From the NCBI GenBank assembly GCA_951406725.2, contig OX597822.1:104656001-104720000 (forward strand): a DNA stretch of 64,000 nt, written 5' to 3'. This DNA comes from Octopus vulgaris (taxonomy: Eukaryota). Made by a program: the position numbers and the translations under genes. Under the pieces are notes generated by a model. It was not told the DNA's origin. It did not search any database and saw only the letters and a program-made list of their open reading frames with translations. Below are positions 43,875-55,762 of this stretch, in pieces; position 1 is the stretch's first letter; each line of letters starts with the position of its first letter.

Positions 43875-44768
43875 TACTGAATAAAATCAAATTAAATCAA
43901 ATTAAATTAATTTTTCATCATATCTCTCCTAAAAGTCCCCATGTTGCTCTTATGACCCTTATATAGTGCTGAGGGTGGTTATTACTTATATTACCAGCAA
44001 TTCTTGTGGTGGTGAGTATCGCAGCAAAATTTACCTCAGGTGTGACATTGATTGTCTCCTTTTCTATTTCACCGTTTTCAGAATTGCTTCGTAAAAGGGT
44101 TATGAAAGTTATCACTCTTTTCATTCCTGTTATTGCGTTGTGTAGTGGTAAATTTGATATAGGAAAAACAATAGTAAGATTTATCTTTTCTTACCTGCAC
44201 ATGTGTGTATTTGTTCACTGAATCTGATTTTTCGATAGTATCGTATTTTAATTTGGAAACTTTTAAACATATTCTATGATTTATTTAGATTACATTCATA
44301 ATGAAGAGAATATTCTATACTCATTTCTACCACCCAAGTAGACAGGTTCAACGAGAAATGTAGTGTTTTTCTCATGAACAGAATACATCGCCGGGTCCAG
44401 GAATCGAAACCATACCCTGTCGATCATACGAACAACACCATAACCGATAAACCATGCGCATCCACCTACATAAATACATAAAAATGCGCGCGTGTTTGAG
44501 TGAATGTGTATGCTTGTGTATGAGTGTGTGTGCGTATATGTCTATCTATCTATCTATCTAACGATCCCTATTGATCAATTTTTTTCCTCTCCCCCTTTTT
44601 TTGTCCTCTTTCTCTCCTTTTACGATCCCTTTTGATCGAACACCCCCCTTTTTTATCTTCAAAAGATAAGCTCTACCTTGTAATTTGTTCTATCTGTGTG
44701 CAGCCCTGTGTGGCTAATAAAGAAACATATCTATCTATCTATCTATCTATCTATTTATCTATCCATCC

Positions 44769-44849
<81 letters not shown>

Positions 44850-45296
44850 CTTCTACGATTAAATATTTTTCTATATTTTCATCAAAGTTCAACCGAAGAT
44901 AAGTGCCATGCGCAAAACTCTCATTTTTTAATCACTTTTTTTTAATGTCTTTTGAATAAAAATAATAATGATGTTCAATATATACACATGTACATGTAGA
45001 ATATATATACATACATGTGCGTGCGCGTCTGCACATACAAGCGTACGTATGTGCGTGCGGAGATTCCTGCTTGAACATAAGGCATGCTATGCACGCCTAA
45101 AATATATGAATAAATGCAGCAAAAAAAAATCACAATTTTAATAGAAATCTTTCAGTTCAAGAGAGAAAGTTAGATAAAGGGTTCACGCATGGTATAATTT
45201 ACTATATTTGGACTATCTGCCTTTGATTTTTAAAATTAGATGTTTCAGCTAGTACGTAAGAATGTACACGCAGACACACAGACAGACACACTGACA

Positions 45297-45333
<37 letters not shown>

Positions 45334-45335
45334 AT

Positions 45336-45373
<38 letters not shown>

Positions 45374-45485
45374 GGGCACACACAAACACACACACACATA
45401 CACATGTATAATATACAATATTGTGGATATGTGTTTATATATATTGCATATGTATACATGTATATATATATATGCATATATATAA

Positions 45486-46010
<525 letters not shown>

Positions 46011-46027
46011 ATATATATGTATATGTA

Positions 46028-46091
<64 letters not shown>

Positions 46092-46274
46092 TGAATAAAT
46101 GGTACAACGAAGCACCGATATCTACTGGAAAATAGCGAACGTAATAAATACGACGCTAATGTATAGCTTCACTGCGTATGTACTAGTAAAGATGCGTGTG
46201 TGCAACTAACATGAAAAAAATTGTCTTACCTCTAGGAAAAACATCTGAAAAATGAAAAACCTAGATAATGGATA

Positions 46275-46347
46275 ATGCAGTACCGGTTTCGGATTTTTCA
46301 AGATACGCTTGCCAAACGTATACTTGATTTGTCCTCATCAGCTGCAT
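46275..46347 (-). ncRNA. Type-I hammerhead ribozyme motif with extended stem II
   Basis: Minus strand: atgcag-CTGATGA-gga[tcaag-tatacg...cgtat-cttga]tcc-GAAA-CCGGTA-ctgcat; 6-bp stem I, palindromic stem III, GUA site; lies in a (TA)n-flanked block at 46090-46357. Confidence 0.82.
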
Positions 46348-46354
46348 AAACCTC

Positions 46355-46415
<61 letters not shown>

Positions 46416-46423
46416 TGTATACG

Positions 46424-46459
<36 letters not shown>

Positions 46460-46799
46460 GTGTATTTTCAAATTTTCCCCAGTTTCTTGATAAAAGCACA
46501 CACCCACACACGTGCACACACCAAATGAAAACCGCACATCAACTGCTACACACAAAACTCACACACGTTACACACGCACGCACATACGTCAGAGTCACTC
46601 GCCTCTTTTTACACACACACTCGCACACACCTTTCTCACATACACACACACGCACGCAGACCATCTGTTTTTATGATCACTCTTATCTCTCTTTCATTCA
46701 AACATGTTTAAAATTATTATTTCCCTTTCTTTCAACCGTTTTTTTTTTTCCCATTCGCCATGCTGGACCGTTGAAGGCTACAATACTTTTCAATCTCTC

Positions 46800-46935
46800 T
46801 GTTTATTTTTCTCTTATTCCTTTCTGTGGAAGAGCGTAGGTTCGAAAACGTAAAGGACTTTTTCATTTATCCCCAGCGTCAAAACCAATACACTTGCTTC
46901 TTTTTTATACATCTGTCTTCCTCTTTTGTTTTTGT
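46800..46935 (+). mobile_element. CUGUGGA hammerhead-like repeat, copy 2
   Basis: tccttt-CTGTGGA-agagcgtaggttc-GAAA-acgt-aaagga. Confidence 0.6.
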
Positions 46936-47009
46936 ATAAGTAGTATGCTGATATCAGATTGAAAATCCATTTTGGATAAGACAATCGATTTGAGCTTCGA
47001 GAGCCAATA

Positions 47010-47390
47010 TCTCTCTATATATAAACGGCAGTTTGTCTGTGCGTGCTTCTGTGTGTCTGTTTGCTTGTACCCTCACCCTGACCACGGCTTTCAACCGATT
47101 CTGATGAAACTTCACACACACATAGCCCAATGTCATAATTCAAAACTAACGCAGCGAAAATTTTGAAAAGTTCCCCCAGTTCTGAAAAAATCGATAAATT
47201 CGACATGGGGTCGAGAATCAGAAACACAAACCGCAAACTGTCTAGGGGACGCAACTCCACTTTTTTTTACTAAAAAAAATTTACCATCATTTTTTTCCAT
47301 TTTTTTTGCTATTTTTTGGCTATAACTCTCTAAAAATGCTTTATAGTTATTTCCCTTACAAACCTGAGCAACGCCGGGCGATACTGCTAG
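47010..47390 (+). mobile_element. Non-autonomous Helitron, type 1
   Basis: A|TC...CTAG|T termini; near-identical to 5254-5637. Confidence 0.9.
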
Positions 47391-47444
47391 TTACCAAATA
47401 TAATTATTTCCCATCTATTGAAAGTTTATAAATCCTTCTGTCAA

Positions 47445-47492
<48 letters not shown>

Positions 47493-47880
47493 CAAACTAT
47501 CTTTCTGTCTATCTATCTATATGTATTATAGGCTGTGGCCACAGACTTGCTTCCCAGACATTTGATTCCGTGTTCGGTCCCAGTCCGTGGAACTTCGGGC
47601 AATTGTCTTCTACCATAGCCTCGAGACGACCAAAGCCTTGTGATGAGTTTCCATCAAATTCGAGAATGAGCAAAATCAGAGAAAAAGGATTGAAATTTGG
47701 CTGTAAAGAAAATGACGTAATGAGCTTTCGCTGTTGTAAAGGAAGTAGAAGTATCTAATTATGTGTATATGCCCCATATATTTGGATGTGTAAATGAGCG
47801 CGCATATATATGTGCGTATACATATATGTATTTGTGTGTGAAATAAGGCTACCATTGGTGTCTTTCTAAGAAATGTAGGA

Positions 47881-47992
47881 AAATATTCTAGTGTCTTAAC
47901 AATTTTTCAAGCCGGGGATGTTTTCCAAGATAGAGACGAACAGTTTTCTCCTTGTGATCGGCTTGAAAAATTGTTAAGTCACTAGAATATTT
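47881..47992. repeat. 34-bp inverted repeat (mini-MITE)
   Basis: 47881-47914 and 47959-47992 are complementary at 33 of 34 positions. Confidence 0.85.
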
Positions 47993-48013
47993 CTCTAGAC
48001 TTGCAAATGAAGA

Positions 48014-48050
<37 letters not shown>

Positions 48051-48326
48051 AAACAAGTCAAAATAGAAAATGCTAAAATAATTTTATAAAGAACATTTCA
48101 GTACCGGTCTCGGTCATTTTGAGACCTTTTCAACTGTAACGATTAAATAATTAAATTTAGAAAAATTAAAAGAAAAGTTTTTTTAAAAGAATATTTGTAT
48201 AGTGTTCAAATATAAGTGGCATTCTGCCTTTCTCTGTGTCTCCCTTGTTTGCACTTGTGTGTTCGAGGCCGTTGTGAATTCTTGGTAGGGTAGAAGAAGA
48301 AGAAGGTTGATGAGGAGAGGGGTGGA

Positions 48327-48391
<65 letters not shown>

Positions 48392-48564
48392 GAATACTTT
48401 TTTTGCTCTTTACGTGTTTCAGTCATTAGACTGGGTCCATGTTAAGGTACAGCCTTGATGAATTTTTAGACGAATGAACCGCTAAATTACCCGGACGCAA
48501 ACACATCAATAAAGCTTGCCAACCGTTGTCGGGTGGATGAACAGATAGAAAGACACACCGTACA

Positions 48565-48621
<57 letters not shown>

Positions 48622-48874
48622 GGCGAACTTCTTTCACTCAAGTAATCTCTAGTGAGACATTTAATTGATGTATCCGAAGAAACCGAGAACGGGTCGAAAC
48701 ATGAGTTGTATGCAATAAAATCTATTACACATTCCATCTCCTATTTCATTAACACTGTTACACCAACCGCCACTACAACATTCCTGCAATAAATCTACGG
48801 ATAACAACAGGTAATCGAAACTTTACCGGTGCTTTACTCATCATCTACTTATACATTTTGTACAATTTCCTCAT

Positions 48875-48921
<47 letters not shown>

Positions 48922-48961
48922 TACACAGGCACATACACACACACTCACACACATGCACACA

Positions 48962-48996
<35 letters not shown>

Positions 48997-49724
48997 GTAT
49001 GCATGCATGTATGCAATTTTTGCAATGCATATCCTTTTAGTGCATGGAAGAGTAGAGCATATGAAGATTCTGACGTTTATATTTTTTCTATGGGCATAAA
49101 GGGAGTTCGTTGCAGTATGTATCAAAGTTAAAGCGACATTGAGCAGTGTCGTTCAGTTAAGCTTAATGATTTGTTAATATGTTGATGTTAGTTAATGGTT
49201 TTCCCCTTTTAAAAGTAGTAACGAATGAATTAACAGCTTTATAGAATAGCTATTCATCAGATTCAAAGATGGTGTACCGTGAAGCTCTTATGATTGTTTT
49301 CCGCCAGGATACGAGCAGAATGAATGTCAATTCAGAAAACGATAATTTTTTCTCCAGCTATGATAGACACTTGGTGCTCAAATCAAATATTTTGTTCACG
49401 TGAAGCAGTTTATAAGATGTACATTAGGAACAGTGTGCAAGAAAGGCAGAGAAAGGAAATAGAGAGACGGGAAGAAGTGTGTGTGTACGTGTATGTTTGT
49501 GTGTACGCGTGTCTCGGTGTGTACGTGTGTTTGCGTGTGTGTGTCTATAAATATTATATATAATTGGAAAACTTTGGATATACATATATATATATATATA
49601 TTACATATGAGAGGGATTACCACTATGTGGCATTTTAATTTTAATATATATATATATATATACACAAATATGTGTATATGCATATTATATCATGTTATAT
49701 ATATGTATATTTATATATATATAC

Positions 49725-49778
<54 letters not shown>

Positions 49779-49813
49779 TATTTCTATGTATCGATCTATT
49801 CTCTCTCTCCCTT

Positions 49814-49879
<66 letters not shown>

Positions 49880-49881
<2 letters not shown>

Positions 49882-50055
49882 AGAATTCAAAAATAAACGT
49901 CGAAGAGAGGTGGTGTAGATAACAAACAGATGTATTAGTTTAACGCTTGGGAAGTAAAAAAGCCTTTTATGTTTCAAGCCTACGCTCTTCCACAGAAAGG
50001 AACACAGAAAGAAACAAGGTGGGAAAATAAAGAATGTGTAGTGGCTAGCGATATC
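49880..50055 (-). mobile_element. CUGUGGA hammerhead-like repeat, copy 3
   Basis: Reverse complement of 13445-13585. Confidence 0.65.
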
Positions 50056-50093
50056 CGAAAAAGAAGCACACTCTAAAGTATAGAGCAGTAAGG

Positions 50094-50415
50094 TATTAAA
50101 AGTAATTGAGTCTATGTCCGGTCATAGATTGACCAACAGTTTTGCATCCACAAAGGCTTTAACCTCGTGGACGTCTCGTCAGACTCTAAAGCCGAAGACA
50201 AATACAACTCTTCACGTCTGGGAGGCAGGAATCCTTTATTCTTTGATGATCAACTGATTAAATGACCATAACGGATTCCTGCCTCCCAGAGGTGAAAAGT
50301 TGTATTTGTCTTCGGCTTTAGAGTCTGACGAAACGTCTACGAGGTTAAAGGTCACCGACATCGCGACGTTCACTAGGTTAAAGTTCACAAGTCATCTACC
50401 CAATTACTTTTAATA
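50094..50415. mobile_element. Nested-palindrome foldback element
   Basis: Outer 15-bp perfect IR (50094-50108 / 50401-50415); inner 78-bp IR (50157-50234 / 50273-50350) with 4 mismatches. Confidence 0.85.
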
Positions 50416-52441
50416 TATATATTTACCTACCTCCACCACACGCACACAAAAGTATCTGTCTCTTTGTGCTTGAGTTTGCCGCACCTTCACTGCATAGGAA
50501 CCGGTGTTAGCTTCCTTAAATCTCCGAAACTTCACGATTCGGCTTGAAGGAAACAATAGAATGAATCCCAAATTTTAATTTAAAAACAGCAAGTACTGGA
50601 GTCCATTTCTTTTACTCAATCTTTCAATGAGGCGCCCTAGCGGTTACATCAATACCAGTCTTCAACTGGTACTTATTTTATCGACCCCTATATACTTAAA
50701 AGCAAAGTGGAACTCGGTAAACAGTTGTACTACTATTAATGACTGTTCATATTACGAAAATAACCTGATTCATACACTCTGTTATGGCAAACGCTATATC
50801 GAATATTTTATTTATTTGATTTAGCTTTGTTATTTTATTAAATTTTTGATGAAAATCTTTCTCCTTTTATCCCCTTTATAGTATTTTTGAAATGTCATTT
50901 ACTTCTTTCGGTATATATTTTGTGACAACTGAAATGTGATGTTGCAAATTTCCTTTTGTTATTCAACTTAAATTCGAATATTTTACATTCAACATTCATT
51001 GTCTATAACTCGTTTTCAACAATTTTCATATGAAAGTTAATAGGATGATATTCGCTGGGTTTCTAAAAGTAAGTGTATATAATTCATTTAAAGAGCAGGG
51101 AAAATGAAATAAAAAATGAAATTATACGACACATAAAAAAAAGTCTTCTTAGTACTTTGGTTCATGGGAGATAAACAACTTTACTAAATTAAATGAATAC
51201 ACAATTTTACCTTAATGACTCAATGACATCAGTAGAAAAATCAATAAACCTTCCGATTTACATTTCTTATTTCAGAAAATTTGCCAGCAGATGAATAAGT
51301 TCTTTTTTTTTTTTTACATTTACATGACATATTTTAACGTTGAAGATTACTTATCAAATTGCCGTCTGTAACAATATTCACAATACAGTTGTGTATTACT
51401 GCGTCTACTCCCCATCGCTTCTCTCTTTTCTACGTTTCTTATTTATTACTTGCTATTCTAGTAAATATCGAAACAAAAACATATTCTCATGTAGTTTTAT
51501 TTCTTCGAAATAGTAATATTTCCCTATTATTTCTTTTATTCGTTTTGTTTTTCAACGATGGCATATTATCATAGCATTATTAATTGAATTTTCCATTGTC
51601 CTCTTTATATTGAAGATGAAAAAAAATTCTTCCTTAATCTATTAGAGCTGTTTTAGTTATTCCCACGAATCATGTCACATTCTTTTCAAAAAGATTCTGT
51701 ATAATGTTTCTAGAAATGTAGCTAATTTTCTGTAAATCCTTGAAATAAGTAGATTTTTTTTATTTCTTAAAAAAAAATCGATAATCTAACTGGGTAACAT
51801 ATTTTCCAGGCCAATTTCAAGGTTTCTTTGTCATGAAGTAATTCTTTATAAAGGTATTCAAGAAGCTATTCTCTACTCTTTACAAATAATCGCACTTCAA
51901 CTCCTTAAACGATATTGATTTTTTTCACTTCTATGCAAGGCCATACATTTATAAAAGGAAAATAAGATCGCGTATGGTTATGCTTCTGTGGAGGTCTATA
52001 GCAGCTCTTTTGCTTATGTTAGAATATTTAATAAAAATACGAACCAGAAGAATCTAATGTTTGATCTTGCATCGCTAAGAATTATCTAGTGTAGTTTGTG
52101 AATGTGCTCTTTCACGGAAGGCTTTGCTACGAAGCTAAAACTCCTTATCTCTTTCGGCAGAATTCGATATAATATGGTCCGTGGACCAAATCCAGTTCCT
52201 CTGTTTTGGTTCAAATTCAAACGTTGCATACAAAAGTTAGATCTCAGTACTTCTCTCGAAATGTATAGGCCTTAGCGATATTTCGTTTTTCTTTACATTT
52301 TGAGTTCAATTTCCGCTGCGGTCGACTTTGCATTTCATCATTTCGGGGGCGATAAAAGAAGTACAAATCAAGTACTGGGGTCATGGTAATTGATTTACCC
52401 TATGCCCTGAACTTTCAACCCTTGTGCCAGAATTTGAAACC

Positions 52442-52610
52442 ATTTTTATTACCCTGCGCGAGTAAGCGAAAGCAGGGAATTGTAATCAATCGTCTTTGTC
52501 TGTTTCTGTTCGTAAAATTACTAGAAAACGGCTGAACGGATTTTCACCATATTTGGCAAAAATGCTCATTGGATGAGCGGGCCGAAATTATAGACATGTT
52601 TCATTATCTT
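52442..52610 (+). mobile_element. Helentron-associated (DINE-1/HINE-like) element 5' part
   Basis: TTTTTATTACCCTGC...GCAGGG hairpin, then GTCTG-type repeats and ...GAACGGATTTTCACCATATTTGG. Confidence 0.55.
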
Positions 52611-52983
52611 AAAAAAAAATAATAGAAAATCGAACTTACAAATTTCCTCATAAGCAAGAGACCATATTATTTTGTTTACTTTCTTTTTCATATGAATCGA
52701 CCCTCGTCTGCGTGTGTATAGATCATGGTGTACGTATGCGCGTAGGCACATGTGGGTACATACATGCATACATACATATATACATACATACATACATACA
52801 TAGGTAAATACGTACATAGCTATGCGACCGTGTGTGTGTATTTGCGTGTGTTTGTTTATTTGTGTGTGTGTTTGTGTGTGTGTGTGTGCCGTGATGGATT
52901 CGTGGGTTTCGCTTATTCCCGACCTGATTTCTCAATTTCAGTGGAGTATAAATACCTGCAATTAATACAGTTCTAAATTAATA

Positions 52984-53160
52984 CAGTTCTATATTTAAGA
53001 GATGAGGAAGTATGTACATTATTTACATTATTTACATTTGACGGATATTGTCCTCAAGACACTTGATGAATGCTGGACGGTATATCAGCCGAAACGTTGT
53101 GTTAACAACAAGCAAGATGAGGACACATGCCCGACAAATGTAAATAATGAAAATAATGAA
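52984..53160 (+). mobile_element. Hammerhead element, copy 4 (headless, 5' inverted end)
   Basis: Inverted end plus extension at 52984-53056; hammerhead-like gacac-TTGATGA...GAAA-CGTT-gtgtt at 53058-53103. Confidence 0.8.
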
Positions 53161-53874
53161 AAAAAAATCAAATAATAAAATAAGTAAATAAATAAAACAT
53201 ATAATTAAGTAAATAAAATAATTAACAGAACATCGAACTTACAAATTTCCCGATATGCAAATGGTCACATTATTTTCAGTTTCTTTTTCATATGGAATGA
53301 CCATCGTCTGCATGTGTATAGATCATGGCGTACCTATGCACATAGACACGTGTGGGTACATACATTACATATATACATACATTCGTAAATACATGCATAG
53401 ATATGCGACTGTGTGTGTGTGTACGTGTGCGTACCTGTGTACAGTGATGGATTCCAGGGTTTTGTTTATTTATGAGGGGATTTTTAAATTTCCCCGGATT
53501 ATAAATTCTTATAATGGAGATACTTCAAAATGAAAAGAAAGTGATAATAATAATTCAGCTCAATTAAAAAGCTTGAGTAAGTAGCACATTGTGAGCCTCA
53601 CTGTAATTTGCGACAAAAATTATCCTCGCGTGGGATATGCATCGCCCCTCCGCTGCCTTTTTCATTATTATTATCATTTCAACAATTATGATTGTTATTA
53701 CTTTTTTATCACTTCATTATATGTAAGGCTCCACCATTTATATTTTTCTTTGTATTGTCTCCCCGCCCCATGTTCTTCGCCCTGTAATATCTATCGGCTT
53801 TTCTTTCTTCCTTATCGCATACCTTGTTGACAGCTGGGCATGCTATATCTATGATCCAGCATCATTTGCTTCCT

Positions 53875-53975
53875 TTCTCAATTAAGACTATCGAAAATGA
53901 TAATGCAAAGATCCAATGGGATTTTATGATTCAGTGCGACCATGAGATAGAGAATAGGAAGCCAGTCACAGTGTT
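53875..53975 (+). pseudogene. R4/Dong-type LINE restriction-like endonuclease fragment
   Basis: IENDNAKIQWDFMIQCDHEIENRKP matches the EN..KILWDF.IQ.D..I...RPD motif. Confidence 0.75.
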
Positions 53976-53998
53976 AATTATTATAATCATCATCATCA

Positions 53999-54060
<62 letters not shown>

Positions 54061-54061
<1 letters not shown>

Positions 54062-54432
54062 TATGTTTGAATTTTGCTTTACATTTGTACAAGTTGGCTC
54101 CAAGTCTCATCCAGAGAACTCAAGAGACAACAAGTTGGAAGATCATGTTGGTGTTATGCCTAGTGTGCCATATATTTGGTTTTGTACTTAGTGTCGTACT
54201 AGCGAATACCTAAAAAACCATACTAAAATTATGTTTGTTTTAAAACTTGAGATTACATAGAAAGTATTTTGCGTAGGATATGAGCAGTTCCCATGAGCAC
54301 TATCTTTTGAACATATTGTCTTTGAAGAATCTAACACGCTTTTCATACCTCGCTATGCGGGCAGCTTTAGCAGATACCTTTTGCTTGATGGTTTCTATGG
54401 TGGCATCAATATCAAGTATAGTTTTCATATTA
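54061..54432 (-). mobile_element. Internally deleted R4/Dong-like element ending in (TAA)n
   Basis: IETIKQKVSAKAARIARYEKRVRFF joins directly to QKIVLMGTAHILRKILSM*, then a 3' UTR and (TAA)n. Confidence 0.75.
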
Positions 54433-54458
54433 TATTTCTTCTTCTTCTTCTTCTTCTT

Positions 54459-54489
<31 letters not shown>

Positions 54490-54511
54490 TTATTATTATT
54501 ATTATTATTAT

Positions 54512-55068
54512 TTTGAATGAAAGAGCAGTGCATGCCATCAAAATGACACTGGGGTAAAATATACGAAGCCCAGTATATCCATCATGACTACACGTGTGAT
54601 AAGGGTACACTAAGCACATGCATCACAACCATATGTGCGTGACATGGTGATTTCATATCAAGATTAACAGCACATAACCTTGCAGGTGGGGCCCAGTTAG
54701 AATTTTCTTCAGGTCGAGTAACCTATCCCACCCAAAACGTCACTGAATAAGGGTTATTTAAGGATGTTGAACGAAACACCCATGTTTCCAGAGGTGAATT
54801 ATGTAAACCCCAAATAATTGTTCTTAACACATGGCTATGATGCTCCCCCACTACTTCTGTTCGTGATCAGAGATGCACATATCGTCAGCCACTAAGGGAC
54901 ATGCTCAACTGGTTAAGGTATAAGACATGACAAGCAAATCTGTGTTACTGAGCAGAGTATTTGTTGTATCCCATCTTTTATACCAAGACAAAACAATGTA
55001 CATAACACTTCCAATAAGTTAAGATGAGAAGCCATGAAAGCCACAGCCTTGTACTGCATCAGGGCATT
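54512..55068. repeat. Unclassified interspersed repeat between (TTA)n tracts
   Basis: ~550-bp block of higher GC bounded by microsatellites; single copy in this window, so its class cannot be shown here. Confidence 0.35.
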
Positions 55069-55088
55069 TATTATTATTATTATTATAG

Positions 55089-55133
<45 letters not shown>

Positions 55134-55326
55134 CTGTAAGCTGCTGGCTCATCACAGCAAGGTATGATTTGAATTCATTGTAATTTTTTGAATTAGTACA
55201 TTATATACTCTAGCAACCTCCTCCTGTTTTTTTGTCTCATGTATCCCTCCAGGGACGAAATACATAAAAATGAATATATGGACATGCAATATTATTGTCA
55301 ACTGCATTTTTGTATATTTCTTTTCG

Positions 55327-55400
<74 letters not shown>

Positions 55401-55401
<1 letters not shown>

Positions 55402-55574
55402 TCTTTTACTCTTTTAATTGTTTCAGTCATTTGACTGTGGCCATGCTGGAGCACTGCCTTTAGTCGAGCAAATCGACCCCAGGACTAATTCTGCCGATCC
55501 GCTAAGTTACGGGGACGTAAACACACCAGAATCGGTTGTCAAGCAATGCTAGGGGGACAAACCCAGACACACAA

Positions 55575-55619
<45 letters not shown>

Positions 55620-55762
55620 TACGACAGGCTTCTTTCAGTTTCCGTCTACCAAATCCACTCACAAGGCATTGGTCGGCCCGGGGCTATAGCAGAAGACACT
55701 TGCCCAAGATGCCACGCAGTGGGACTGAACCCGGAACCATGTGGTTGGTTAGCAAGCTACTT
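55401..55762 (-). mobile_element. SINE family C, 3' part (interrupted)
   Basis: Reverse complement of the consensus up to GTTAGCAAGCTACTT; its head resumes at 58011-58047. Confidence 0.9.

Noticed and set aside
44190-44290. Strong minus-strand donor CAG|GTAAGA (similar site at 63366-63373)
   Set aside because: No convincing acceptor plus open coding frame; isolated splice-like motifs are expected by chance.
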